NCBI RefSeq assembly: GCF_964204645.1
Contig: NC_134028.1
Location: forward strand, 7,440,001 to 7,504,000
Direction: 5' to 3'
Length of the DNA stretch: 64,000 bases
Source of the DNA: Tubulanus polymorphus
Lineage: Eukaryota > Animalia > Nemertea
Shown here: positions 1 through 13,015 of the stretch, piece after piece
Position numbering within the stretch: position 1 is the first letter of the stretch
Layout of the letters: each line of letters opens with the position of its first letter
Notes under the pieces: model-generated
Seen by the model: the letters and a program-made list of their open reading frames with translations, nothing else
Database searches by the model: none
What the model was told of the DNA's origin: nothing
Program-made: the position numbers and the translations under genes

Positions 1-148
1 TAGCGCGTGACGTTAAAGCATGTAGATTTAAATCGTTACGCCGTATAGTAGAATGTTCGTTCAATATGAAATAACAATATTTCAAAACGTGTATTTCATA
101 ACGCGCGATACACGAAGTTTATTCAGTTCTTATCACGCCATTACTTAC

Positions 149-199
149 GTCGGCTACGTGACTTTTCGTATTTCGAACCGAAATGAAGAATATGATAAA
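149..199 (-). CDS. Candidate internal exon (51 bp, frame-preserving) of an unidentified minus-strand gene
   Basis: Minus strand reads catatttcag|TTTATC...GCCGAC|gtaagt, with a consensus acceptor and donor. Open in phase 1 (xYHILHFGSKYEKSRSR) and phase 0. No homology recognised. Confidence 0.3.
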
Positions 200-1940
200 C
201 TGAAATATGCCGAGTTAATGTCTACACGCTTCTATCTAGGCACACGTTACACTACTCTGTATACTGGTGACATACGGTTCGAGTTTAGATTTCATGTCTG
301 ATGAACAAATTCAAATTTCAGACGATAAATCGTTATGGGTTTCTCGGTACGAACCGGGTTTTTTTGTGATATTAGATATCGTTGATGTTCGTAATCTCGG
401 GGATCTGCGCAGACACGATTGGCTGATAGTATAGATTTAACTGGTAAATCGAGATATCCATAAACGGTATAAAAAAGCAACAAAACTGATATGATATGGG
501 ATTTTATCGGTGGAAAATGATTTGATCAACGATGCTTGGAAATAAAACACGCACAAAACGGGAGATCATTAAGTGCTAGTTTTAAGTCAAAATCAGTTGC
601 TTTTCTCAATAATTCCAATTATAATTCATATTTTACCTAAAATTGTGGGAATTGTGAGTTAATTTTGGGCAACAAAACTGAATTCCAAAACATTTGCAGG
701 GTGGATCTTAGCGGACCAAAGCACCCTTCTCCTTCTGTTTTAGCCAAGATGAAATTTCCAAACCTGGCTTGAGAAAGTTATACACACACACTGGCAAAAT
801 ATTACCGGTGATTTTGTTTAAGAATCAATCTAGATGCTCAAGAAATGATCGATTTTTACAAAAATCTTATACCCCATCGGTTAGCACCCACTTTGCATCT
901 ACGGCGCTCGTGGTTACGTATAACGTGTATACAACAGATCCTCCCACTTCTTGAATTTTTCCAAATCGACGATTGACCAGCAAGACCTGCTACGAATATA
1001 CCCCGTGTTTATTTCAATAATTGACTTGAATCCTACACTGGACGTAGGACCAGAAATAGCTAGGACTGACCGCGCAACCGATATTCGTATTCACAACAAG
1101 GAAAAATTCAGCCCGAATTCGTGCATGTAACAAAACCTAGATGAAAGATCTTGAGCAATCTGATCTGCGTCATACGGTTCAATGGCTGGCTGGGTGCTGC
1201 TTTCTGCATGCTACTGTTGATTAGCGTCATGGCCTCGCTTATGGGAAGTTTAATGACACACCGGCTACTTCATCAGTGTACGTTTAGCTAACCGAATTTT
1301 CGCTGGCGGACAATTAATTTAACGAAAGAAGCAAAAGAACGCTACGACTCGTTAGCGTAGACAGAGCGGCCGAACTTGACAGCTTAATTTCAGCCGCGGT
1401 CTCGCGTTTCGCCTTCATCGACCCTGGCGAAGCATGCAACATATAGATCAAAGATTACATTATTTCTAACTTCGTTATACGGTATATAGAGAATGGCATC
1501 TAATTCGAACGGAAAACCTGGAACACAATATTACATTGACCTTCGGGACAGGCCATGGTATTCGACGGGTTTTTCATTTCCCGTGAAAGACCGATTGGTC
1601 TAACGATACTCGTCCATTATAAGATGAATTGAACTTTGGCATTTTTCAATTATTTGACTCTATTTTCGTATTTATCTCACGGACAGGCAACTGAGTTCAA
1701 CGAAAAACAAAGGAGAACATTTGAACCCACACAGGTTATATGCTATTTACCAAGGTCTCGTTTTAACAATTCATATAAATCTAAACAACTTTCCTATTGT
1801 AAATGCGACGGTCCTTCGATGTTGACACTACCAACGAGATCGCGGGGAACGACAATAAAATTTGTCAGATCTCTTTTTGTTTTTCGTCGCTAACCGCGGG
1901 CCCCAGTCGTTTATGCACGAGCGATGAAACGTTTACCCTC

Positions 1941-2587
<647 letters not shown>

Positions 2588-3577
2588 AGTGACACACGTT
2601 AGTGAAGCGTGTACACATTTTCTTTTTTTTCCCAGAGAAAATATGCTTATATATATACTTATTTCTCTAACCGAGGGGCGAAATATGTGTATGATTCTCT
2701 TTTCATTCCCGTCGTCAGCTCATTTTTTCAGTTCATCGTATCGTAAATGTAAAATATTCACGTACATTTCTAGACGGTTATGAGACATGTCTGGACTCGA
2801 CGAGAAGTTTTGGCCACAAATTGATCGACGAAGTTAACGCTATGATAATGATCAGGAGTTCTCTGAGCGTCTCGACGGACTGGCCAAGCGTCTCGCTAAA
2901 TATCGCTAACCGATATTGGCTATCTCGTCTCGGCGGATGAGTCAATGAAAATCCGACCAGACGCTTACCGCTTATATATAGCGAACGATCGTCGTCGCGG
3001 ACGTATAAAAAAAGCTGCGGTAAACGATCGTACCGCGCGACACATTGTTCTGATTCGTAACGTGTATCTTACTAATGATTCAATCGCAACAAATCCATCG
3101 GCGACTCGAGCACAAAGTGATGTTTATTGAGTTAGTATAGAAGTCGTGGATACACATCCCACGAGGCGCCGTAGCGCTACTTGCCGAAGAAATGTCATTA
3201 CCAGCGAATTACTTTTCATAGCTCCGGTTAGCCAAAGGCTATATCTCTTATTCGGAGAAGAAGATAGTTCCCCTGGCTTTTTGCGTAGTTTTCGTCCCGG
3301 TGTAAGCTGTCAGAACTTGCGTAAACGCATTATTCCCAATCTCGGCGAGTTAATGGCGAAGAAGAAAATCGAATTTTTCCGCGCTTTTAGGCATTTTATG
3401 GGTCTCATCAGCTGAATCAATAGTGTAAGTGTAAGGGAACTTCGTCGGCTTCTAGTGCCAGCGATGTATTCAAAAGAGAACGGTACACGCGGATTGTACT
3501 ATAGATAGGTCGTACAGAAGGCGCGCGATTTAGAAAAAAAACAAATGTATCTGTTTTGTATATAGCTGTTTTTATGA

Positions 3578-3798
3578 GGCTAAACAAAAATGACACCTTG
3601 TTTCTCCGCAGCAGCCGGGTCATTTTTGTAAGATGTGATAAATTTGTAAATCATTTCATTTCTATAGCTGCCGGGTCTGTTATTATAAAATTGATCACGA
3701 TTTTTAAAAAAAAGTAATGTGTAAGGCAGAAAGGCGGCCGGCCGGGTCAACTTTTAAGCTCAGCAGAGCGTAGAAACTAGGTATCAATTTTGTTAGCC
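3578..3798. mobile_element. MITE family A (PIF/Harbinger-like), copy 1
   Basis: Termini GGCTAA...TTAGCC with TGA/TAA flanks. Internal sequence is the reverse complement of the 36573-36791 copy (tttctatagctgccgggtctgtta; gccgggtcaacttttaagctca). Confidence 0.75.
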
Positions 3799-4003
3799 TA
3801 AACTTACTGTTAGAATTGTTGATTTTGAAACATGAATTCTTAAGATCATCAGGATAATCCTTAAGATTATAATGAAGGAGTGTCGATATATAAATGTTGA
3901 CAAATAAACTCCGAAAAACTGGGTGAAAGAATCAAAGAAAGTCTAGTAGATTGACTTTTAAGAACTCCAAAAGAACGATGAATCGACGTAGATTGTTAAA
4001 CAA

Positions 4004-4076
4004 TGAGTTAGGAGTCCTGTGTATTATTACGTTTTCAAACTTTGACAACGTAATAATACACAGGACTCCTAACTCA
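4004..4076. repeat. Near-perfect hairpin (30-bp stem), probably the core of a truncated MITE
   Basis: tgagttaggagtcctgtgtattattacgtt pairs with aacgtaataatacacaggactcctaactca. It is followed by acagtgtggaactggactc, which resembles the Harbinger-type MITE ends at 32012-32149. Confidence 0.85.
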
Positions 4077-4536
4077 GAGTTAACTCTAAACTCACAACAG
4101 TGTGGAACTGGACTCTTCGATTTGTGCCGCTCAGATGCTTATTGTCTCATTACCCCGTGCGGCAGACGCGCTGAAAAATCGGGTTGAAGACAATTTCCGA
4201 TGTGCACGTTTTTTTCGGATGAAATTACAAACATTGAAAGTATACGCAATCAAAAATAAGCAATTCGGTTTTATTGATCGAACCGGGCCGGAAATACAAA
4301 TATTGCGAGTTTCCTCGTAATGAACATCGTATAAAAAATAAGCAATATCTGGAATGCTTTTGAAGAGCCAATCATCACTGGAAATGACAGTGGAATCGCG
4401 CGCAAAAAGTCATCGCTTACGGTGGTCATTAACCTGGCTTTTGCTTTTACATTTCGTCTACTTTTCAAAAACAAGTCGGGCGTCCTATGATTTCGAGCCG
4501 TTTTACTGAATCCGCATTCGTTTACTCCGTATTCAG

Positions 4537-4594
4537 ATGGCTTTGTTTCTAGCCTAGAAAAAAAATTACTGATAAGAAAAGTATACAGCGGCAG
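4537..4594 (+). other. Candidate small exon on plus strand
   Basis: tactccgtattcag|ATGGC...GGCAG|gtgagt has a good acceptor and a perfect donor. One open frame (DGFVSSLEKKLLIRKVYSG). No homology recognised. Confidence 0.25.
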
Positions 4595-5526
4595 GTGAGT
4601 TTTTTTAGGTCATTGTCAACTGATGCCCTTTGGAGGTCTCGATAAGACCTGCGTTTTATGTTGTGCTAGAATAAACCTTTCTCGATGACGGTCAACTCAG
4701 GTCAAGCCAACTCGGTGAAACATTTGCGGTACCAAGTATAAAGCCTATATTCGTTTACTTCGTGTAAAGTGTATTTGCAAAGAACAAAATGAATAGATTA
4801 CAACGTACAAAATAGTGACGCGCTGTCCGGAGCCTGTCTGACGGATTTATACCTTTCGGCAAACTAGACACCTATTCAGAGCAGAGGACAGAAAGAACTC
4901 GTCCAAGGTTGTCGTTGTAATGTAAGGATGTAAAAATTAGTTTACATCGCGGAGTTGTCGATTGCCTTGAAGTGACGTACGTCGACAAAATCCCGTGGAC
5001 ATGATTAACTAATGCTATACCTCTTTGATTAACCAAATCTCGCTAGCGCAGAAGAAATGTTCCCCTTTCAGTAATTTGCTTGCATTTCCTCGAGCGATTT
5101 CGAAGAGTTCATTCATGGCCGCTACCGTCTTCGCTGCTATTCGGTCACGTCACCAGTCGTTAACGATACGAGGGTGGGGCACTTTATGGACGTGGGCTGT
5201 GTAATTTATTAACAAGGTTTCCCCGTATAGCCTTTACCCCGCCTGACCTCTAAAACCACGGAAATAGAGTGGATTGAATAAAACAACTGTTACATGGCTC
5301 GAACGTCATTTTTCCAATATATTGCGATATTCTGCAGGGTTATTCTAGGATTTGTATGGGAAATTTGTACGGCCCATCACCAAGAACCTTAGAGTAGATT
5401 GTTGAGTGGAGGTAGATCACTGAAGAAACAACCACTTCCAGGACGGTCCCCGATTTGTCTATATTATTCTACTTCGAAATCACCTACTCGCGCACTCTTA
5501 TTTGAACCATGGTAGCAGCTTACACA

Positions 5527-5672
5527 CAGTAGACTAAGACACTTAAGTCGGGACCCTTAAAATGACTTGAGTTATATCCGAGATGGATATTACGTATTTC
5601 ATGTATAGTGACACAGAAAATATCTCAAAGAAGCACCAGTTAAAAAGGATCCGACTCGGACAGAGTCTACTG
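5527..5672. mobile_element. MITE family B (Tc1/mariner-pogo/Tigger-like), copy 1
   Basis: TIRs CAGTAGACT...AGTCTACTG followed by TA. Shares aagtcgg/ccgact and cacagaaaatat motifs with the other family B copies (26526-26683, 57928-58078). Confidence 0.7.
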
Positions 5673-6287
5673 TATATACCGCCACCCTGAATCTGCGGAC
5701 CCGGACATCAACAGTGAACGTTGCCAAGGCGAAGATTTAGAAACCCATAGATCTACGCTAAATGAAACAAGCAATCTCCGTAAATCACCAATAATCTCTT
5801 ATTTATGACCGGCGATACGTCGACATTTTTACCATCCCTGATGAAGATCAAAACCTCGCGCCGAAAACGTGTGATCTATTGCGAGTTTTATTGTGATTGG
5901 TGTAACTTAACTGCAACGCCAGCATATGTGAGCGTAATGACGTCTTCGGAACATATCTCACGCGAAAGCCAATCAACTTTCAATTAAATTCAGAATCTGT
6001 TTTATAATCTCGATGGATTCGTAGTTATTTCTCTTACATTCCCATACGATCATAAAATACATATATACAAGTTTCCAACGCATTTTATGAATTTCGTGTC
6101 GATTAATCAAAATTAAAAACTCGGGGCAAAAAGTGGCAGTCTAAGCAATAATAGTCATAAATACGGCTGATTAAAGAAGTCAGGCGATCGCGTTCGAATC
6201 CCATTATTTATTTCCAGCGCAGTACAAATAGTTGTATAAACCCTTTTTCAGTGAATCGGTCAATTTGCGGTCATAGTCGTCTTATCG

Positions 6288-6708
6288 TTTTTGACGCTGT
6301 AAAAACAATATTGTTTTCGTACATTAATAACTACTTTTCCTTATCTAACGGGCGGTGTGTGAGTCAAAGTGCACTACGTCATCAATATTGGCGTTGCAAA
6401 ATAACAATTACGATTGTGAATTTTGGCGTTTGTTTTGTAATGAAATACATTTCATAACTCTTATTTTCTATTTGATAAATTCTTATGTCTTTTTGAGTAC
6501 TTTGAATTTTGAGTGGATGTGCCCTACGTCATCAGTATTGGTTAGACTGGTTGCCAATCAATTCAATTAAAATTTCGATGTATTGAAATTCAATTTTTCT
6601 TGATCCTTAATATTTCATCATATCATTCATTGTCATAACATAAGGAAATTTTTACGCGTTATTTTTCTTCGAGACATCAATTTAAAGCCTTAATAAGTTT
6701 TCTTGTTT
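6288..6708 (+). mobile_element. Helentron/HINE-like non-autonomous element, copy 1
   Basis: Homologous to 35669-36060, 51401-51830 (rc) and 63881-64000. Has a TTTGACGC start, a doubled gtgcactacgtcatcaatattgg core, tagactggttgcc, and a TTTTCTTGTTT end. Confidence 0.75.
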
Positions 6709-7600
6709 ATTTGCATATCAAATGTCCTCACTAATGGATATGCTCCCGAGAGAGCCCTCTTCTCGTAAAAAGAATGAAATAGAGATGCAAAAAAGAAAAG
6801 AAAAACATTCACACGTTCGAGGGGATTAATAAATCATTTGTCAAGACCAACTCGACCAAGGTTATTTCAGATCAGCCCACGTCGCTCGAAGCCGATCCAT
6901 TATTACATTTTTTTTCTGTCGGTTGCGATGAAGGTGAACGGTGCCGCGCGCGCTCGGCTCTCTCCCTCAGTGATTCGTCGACACGTTTTTCATATATGAG
7001 ATATTGCCGGCAACAGATGATGATTGATTCATCTAGAAGCCGTAAACATTAGTCGACCGCAGCCTCGGAGTGTCTTCCGAACAGCGATATTTGATGATGT
7101 TTTAGTGTCGTGTCGCGGCTATGTGGTCAACAAGAGTGTCATGTGTAGCGTCTCACAGGGATCAGCGCGACACTCGCTTCTTGCTTCGCGGGAAAGGCGT
7201 TATTGCGTTCTAATGACTACAACGAAAACCGCGAGTTTCTTCTTTAAGCTTCATAAATGTTGTTACGGATTTGTTACGACATGTCGATCGACGCAGATTT
7301 AGGCCTTTTTCGGATAGCCCCGGAACGCTTAGAGTGATATTCTAGACTGCTGGGTAGGATCCGTTAACCTTGATCGAAATGATCTATTACAGCTAATAAA
7401 AGACGGTCAAAGGATTTTTACGGAGTCCGTTGGAGATCAAGTTACTTAAACCAAACACGAAATAGGAAGATTATCAACATTTCTCAAACCATGATCTCTA
7501 TCGTGATGTTCCCCACATAAGAGTATGGCTTTGGCGAGATCGGGGGCAATCGATTTTTTGCAGTCACGTCAGTTAATACGTTTTACAACTTAGAATAGAA

Positions 7601-7870
7601 TTGGCGTGTCTGGTTGAGCATTACGTCAAAAATGTGTCCAGATCATAGGTTCTCGGATGTTTGATTCGATTAGTTTCAGATCGAGATCTGGATTACAGAA
7701 TTTGTCATTAGGCTCGATTCAGTAAATCTTTCTTCAAGCTGGCGTGACTGGCTAAGCACTGCGTCAAAATCGTGTCAAGATCATTGCTTATCTAAGATTG
7801 CTTTGATTAGCTTAAGGTCAAGATCTGGCTTACTGATTTTGTCATTAGGCTCGATTCAGTCAATTTTTCC
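7601..7870. repeat. Diverged tandem dimer (~137-bp unit)
   Basis: tggcgtg.ctgg.t.agca.t.cgtcaaaa..gtgtc.agatcat and agatctgg.ttac.ga.tttgtcattaggctcgattcagt each occur twice, about 137 bp apart. Confidence 0.8.
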
Positions 7871-9391
7871 ATGCTGTCTTTGTATCTAGAAACCTTAAAA
7901 CGCAAACGGGATGACATTCGGTGGACATTTTCCTGACTGCTGTTGCTAATCGGCAATAAGCCATTCAACATGACCCAATTCACCAGCAGCATATTAGAAT
8001 GCCAGTCACGACTCGTGAAATATTTTCATTCACTTTATTTCGTTCGGTATTAAACGTGTTCATATTTGCCTTCATACACACGACAATAATCATACGTGTT
8101 CGCATCAGGCGTCAACACGCAACGGCGATGCGCCGATCCTTTCAAATTGCGCTGGTCGGGTCGAGGGAACCCGAACCGATTCGTCGTAAAAACCGGCGCG
8201 TTAATCTTCTTTTTTCATTGTGTATAGAATCCTGCTGAGTCGAGCCGAGTAATAACGTCGGTACGCGAGCGAGTCTCCGGAGACCGACGACAAATTAGTT
8301 ACCACCATCGTCGTCGCTAAGATTGTCGTTTAGTTTGACTGCTATCAAGGGGACGGCCACCCGCGCCTTGAGAAAGTGACGAGAAGTGTATAGTAACTCG
8401 TGCGAAATGCTTTAAAAACCGGGTGACATCCGTCGAAGAAGATCTACTCAAAAAGGGGCGCGGGTATATTTCAGCCCCGCTACAACGCTAGAGTTACCAT
8501 CATCTGCGAGGAAGGATCGATCGAGATGTCACAGTTTCCATCGACAGAAATATACAAAAAAGGAATTGTCGGATTCTCGACTTTTTAGTAGTACGACACT
8601 CTCATTCATGCATCAACCAGTTTTAAAACTCGATGACTCGGGCTCCTTTATCGAATAATGAAGCTTTTAGTGGAAAACAAGTCCTTAACACGTTTACTGC
8701 ATTATTACATCAATAGAAAATCAATTCTCCGTGTTTCGCTTTTAGATGGAGACTGACTATTCAGATGGATTAAGATCTACCGAGTCTGCCCTCTAGATGA
8801 CCCGGACGATAGGCAAAATTCAGTCGAACTTGAAAGCCACGGCGCGCCTAAGTCCTTGATGATGATGCACCAGTGCGTTACCATATCAGGCATACAACAG
8901 CCGTGACGTCAGCTCCTGTTTATTGTGTACTCATCCCTCGGCGACGGTAGCGACCGCAGTTCAAACAAACTGCAAAAATCTCGCATCAAGGAAATTAGAT
9001 TAACGGGCCGCCGGAGTCTCTCTTGTGCAAAGCTAGGAAAATGACTCCGCAAATTACGATCCGAATCTAATACAAATTCAAAGATTTTTCGAAGAGGAAA
9101 TTATGCTGCGAGATTAATGTCCTATTCGCATTGTTGATTTCGAGATGGCTTTTTAAAACTCTTTTCAGCGTTTTAATTGTATCTAAAAAGAAATCTATAC
9201 GATGAGATTGGCATGATGATCAGAATAATTTTAATAACACAACAGTGTGCAGTTGATTTCTTCAAGGCCGAAAACAACAAACAAAGTCGATGCGAATAGA
9301 TGCTTTTATCTGTTGAATATCATCGGGCAAAATGCACCCGATGAAAAACAGAATTATACACATCTTTTACTCATACTCCTCTTTTTCACGT

Positions 9392-9606
<215 letters not shown>

Positions 9607-11112
9607 CTACAAAGATCTCTTTTCAGTCGACACCAGACATGAGACCTCGACGAGCGCTTAAAAACGATCGACACACCTGACTTTGATGTCGGTAAAAACA
9701 ACATTTCCAACGTGACCCGGATGACCTTGAAACGAGAATACACCGAAAACTTTCGTTCGCCGCATTTTGCAATCAGTTTTAAGGCCGACACTATTCGACA
9801 TAACGCGACTTATCTTTTGGCGAAATCAATTTTGGTAATGCGCGCTCTAAAAGGCTTCCTGTGTTGCAGAGATCTACGTGAAAAAGAGGAGCGATTGTAG
9901 TCCATTTGGAGCTGGTGTTTTCAATGACTGTAGAGATGTGACGGTGTATTGTGAATTCGCTATGATAGGTAGAGTGTGGCTCCTAGATCCCAATCTTCAG
10001 AACAATGCTGTATACAGTATTTTGAGGAGTTAATGAAACTTTCAGGGTTTTGTGGCAACAGATATGTCTTCAATTTTAGAAAAGGTGCCCGCTCATCCGG
10101 TCCTTTTTTTAAAAATGGCCACCATTTTTCCAATCAAACCCTGAAAATGTCAATAAATGCTCGTAACGTGCAGAATCATTGTGTGTGGTAGTCAGACTGA
10201 TATTCAATCCACGGAAAAGAACTTCCATCGTAAACTTTTACCAAAACAAGTCGCAAACAACAAATCCCTTTCTAATTCAAGGTTTTGACCTGTGTTGCGA
10301 ATATTTCAGGCTTGCTAGTTTTCCTATACGGTCGAACGCGAAAAAAGCAAAGACAAGGATTTAAACTTCGCAAATTAATCTCTCGAAACAGTCGGATTAA
10401 TTAATTACACTAATTCGAAGTCGTCGATGTAAATTCCGTCGAAAATAGCCGAGAATCCGATTATACAGAAATACGCGTTCGTCAACGGTTCTCTGTTTTT
10501 GGAAAACGGCCAGAACAGCTTTAATCAGCGAGATTAAAAACATATGCAATTCATAATCCTCTCTGAAAGTTAGATTCTATAGCTTGCGTGCAAAGTCCAC
10601 GGAAGTTGTCGACATTACGAATCGCGTGTGCCCACATTATACCATAACGTCGACCGTTTAGCAGAAAACAATGGACGGAAATAGAATATTCCTATTTGAA
10701 CTGATAATACTACAAAGAACTATCAAACTAAGGGATTAAAGTGAAAGTTTATTTCGGGGCGCGTTTTCGACGAAGAGCGAATATAATCGTCATAGCGTAG
10801 ACTGGAGTTTTCTTTTTCGTAAAAAAAGAAAAAAATCCACACCACCGTAACAGATTCAATAACAGGCGTACCGAGAATCTAATCACAATTTAATTTCGGA
10901 TTTCTACTATAAATACCAGTTCAATCTATCAATTAAATGATTCATACGCGTCGACACGGCATAAACTTGTAAGACTTTATTTGATTAAATCTCTTTCAAG
11001 ATTATTTCCAACATCGAAGGCTCAACCCGTCGGGAAGATGCTCCGTGAGCGAATCTTCCTATTGGTTTTTTTATCTGCATCCGTCGCAACAAACAAGTCC
11101 ATCACTTATTCG

Positions 11113-11350
11113 CAGGAAATAAACTAAAATCGTTTTAAATTTCTTACTCTGGATATAAACGGCGATTCACACCAGAGACCCCCGCTTACATCAAGCCTTT
11201 CGACGGCCACTGCCGTCATGATCACGATAATGACGTCATCATCCGAAGTCACTGGGGATTCGGCAGTGACCGTCGAAAAGCTTGACGTAAATCTCCACCT
11301 ATATCCAGAGCAAAGTCGTTAAAATTATTCTGATACTTATTTATTTCCTG
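11113..11350. mobile_element. Imperfect palindromic (foldback/MITE-like) element
   Basis: Nested inverted pairs: caggaaataaa/tttatttcctg, ctctggatata/tatatccagag, and ttacatcaagcctttcgacggccactgccg/cggcagtgaccgtcgaaaagcttgacgtaa. Confidence 0.7.
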
Positions 11351-12810
11351 GAAAGATGAATCTGCATAATTCTATTCGTTCGAAATATTAGTTTATTCGT
11401 CTATTTGGAGAGACTACAGACGTCACCGCGATTCCGAGTAGCGAAAACATGTCCGGTAAAATGCTTATTTCGTCGGCATAATCGAATTCAGTTGTCGCTA
11501 TTGTTGTTTTTTATGGTTTTCGGTTGAAAATCGCGGTCTAAGCATCGGGCGAGCGTAACTTATCCTCATGCAGCAGTCCGTTATCGGTTTGAAACGAGAT
11601 CGCTCTTTTTGTATGCATAATTAAGCGCAAATAAACGACGCCGAGAATGGCTCCGGTATATTGCGTCATAATCGAGTTCAAGCCGGAAAGAGTAACAACG
11701 AAACAACGCGCGCACTGACACTCGATTATACGCGGTGTATTTGTCGACGGATGGCGCGGGTATTTGTTCTATCGTTTTTTTTCTTTGTGTAGATAATGGA
11801 CGGAAGAGAAGCTACAACGTGACATCTTCTATTAATCAGCCGATAACACGTCACACGCTCAACCCGACGCAATCTGGGAAAACATTTCCCTTCGATACGC
11901 GTTTTATCTTTCGCGTCAACTTCCTCCGGTCAACTCTTCCTAGCATCAACAGCACCTCGGGCGCCGATTCAGACGAAAGACGTGCTGTTTTTCGTTTGTT
12001 TTTCATCCCAAAGTAAAGACGGGACATTCGGAAGTTACAATTAATCCCAAAAATAAAAATGGTACATTTTGACAAGACGAGGCTGATAATTTTCAACAAA
12101 AAGGGAAAGGCACACCATTCTTCAGGATTTCATCTCTATTGCCTGGGAAATACATATCAATGCAGAAAATGTATACATTTTATAGAAAGCGCTATGCGTA
12201 AGGACTACATTTTATTGCTTGGATATTGTACCAAAAAGCGGTATATTTTCAAAATTTTCTGTGAGGGGTACCCCCAGAAGTCCCATGTTTGTCGTGGATT
12301 ATGCCCATTTTTATAAGTTGTGCTACCCCCAACAGTGGCCCCTGGATCCGCACCTGGATCCACTTCCCTTCTGGATCCACTACCTATCTTACTGTATCTT
12401 AGATAACTAAAATACCGCCCTTCCTGGACTGACACTCGCCATCGAGACCTCGTTGTAATATGCCACGTTTTCAAGCAGTTAACGAACCTGTTACATGTTG
12501 TTAACGCGCGATAAACGATAAACGCCTGATCGCGTGTTACTTGTGTTTTTTTTCTTTCATCAAAAAACCGACGACGAGGTTTCCACGATGCAATTCTACC
12601 GATTTCGATTCGATATGAATAAGTTACGATCTCAGGCCAAACAACGGTAATATCCAGTTTAACCGCCGGCGTCTCTCTCCCTCTTGCATCGCTTCATTTT
12701 CAAAGTGTTAACTCGTTTTGATACTCGCGCATAACCAAGCAACTCCCCGCCATTAGGTATTACAGTTAATCCCAAAAGTCCAACACAAATTGTTGATGCA
12801 GTTATGATTA

Positions 12811-13015
12811 GGCTAAAATCATTGATACCTTGCTTCTCATTTCCGCTGAGCTTAAGAGATCACCCGGTCATAGGCCCTGTACGTTACTTCTTTTTAAAAT
12901 CACGATCAAGCTTAATGTCAGACCACTTACATAGAAACGTACTGGATTACAAATTTCATTGCAGTTTACTAAGTGACTCGGCCAATTAGGAAAAACGAAG
13001 TGTCATCTTTTAGCC
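12811..13015. mobile_element. MITE family A, copy 2 (diverged)
   Basis: TTA|GGCTAA..attgataccttg...gagcttaa...acccgg...tcatcttTTAGCC|ATA matches the 36573-36791 copy. Confidence 0.65.

Noticed and set aside
5838-5872. Other CTGATGA...GAAA occurrences (also ~33040, ~59693)
   Set aside because: No correctly placed stem II/stem I pairing, so they are not hammerheads.
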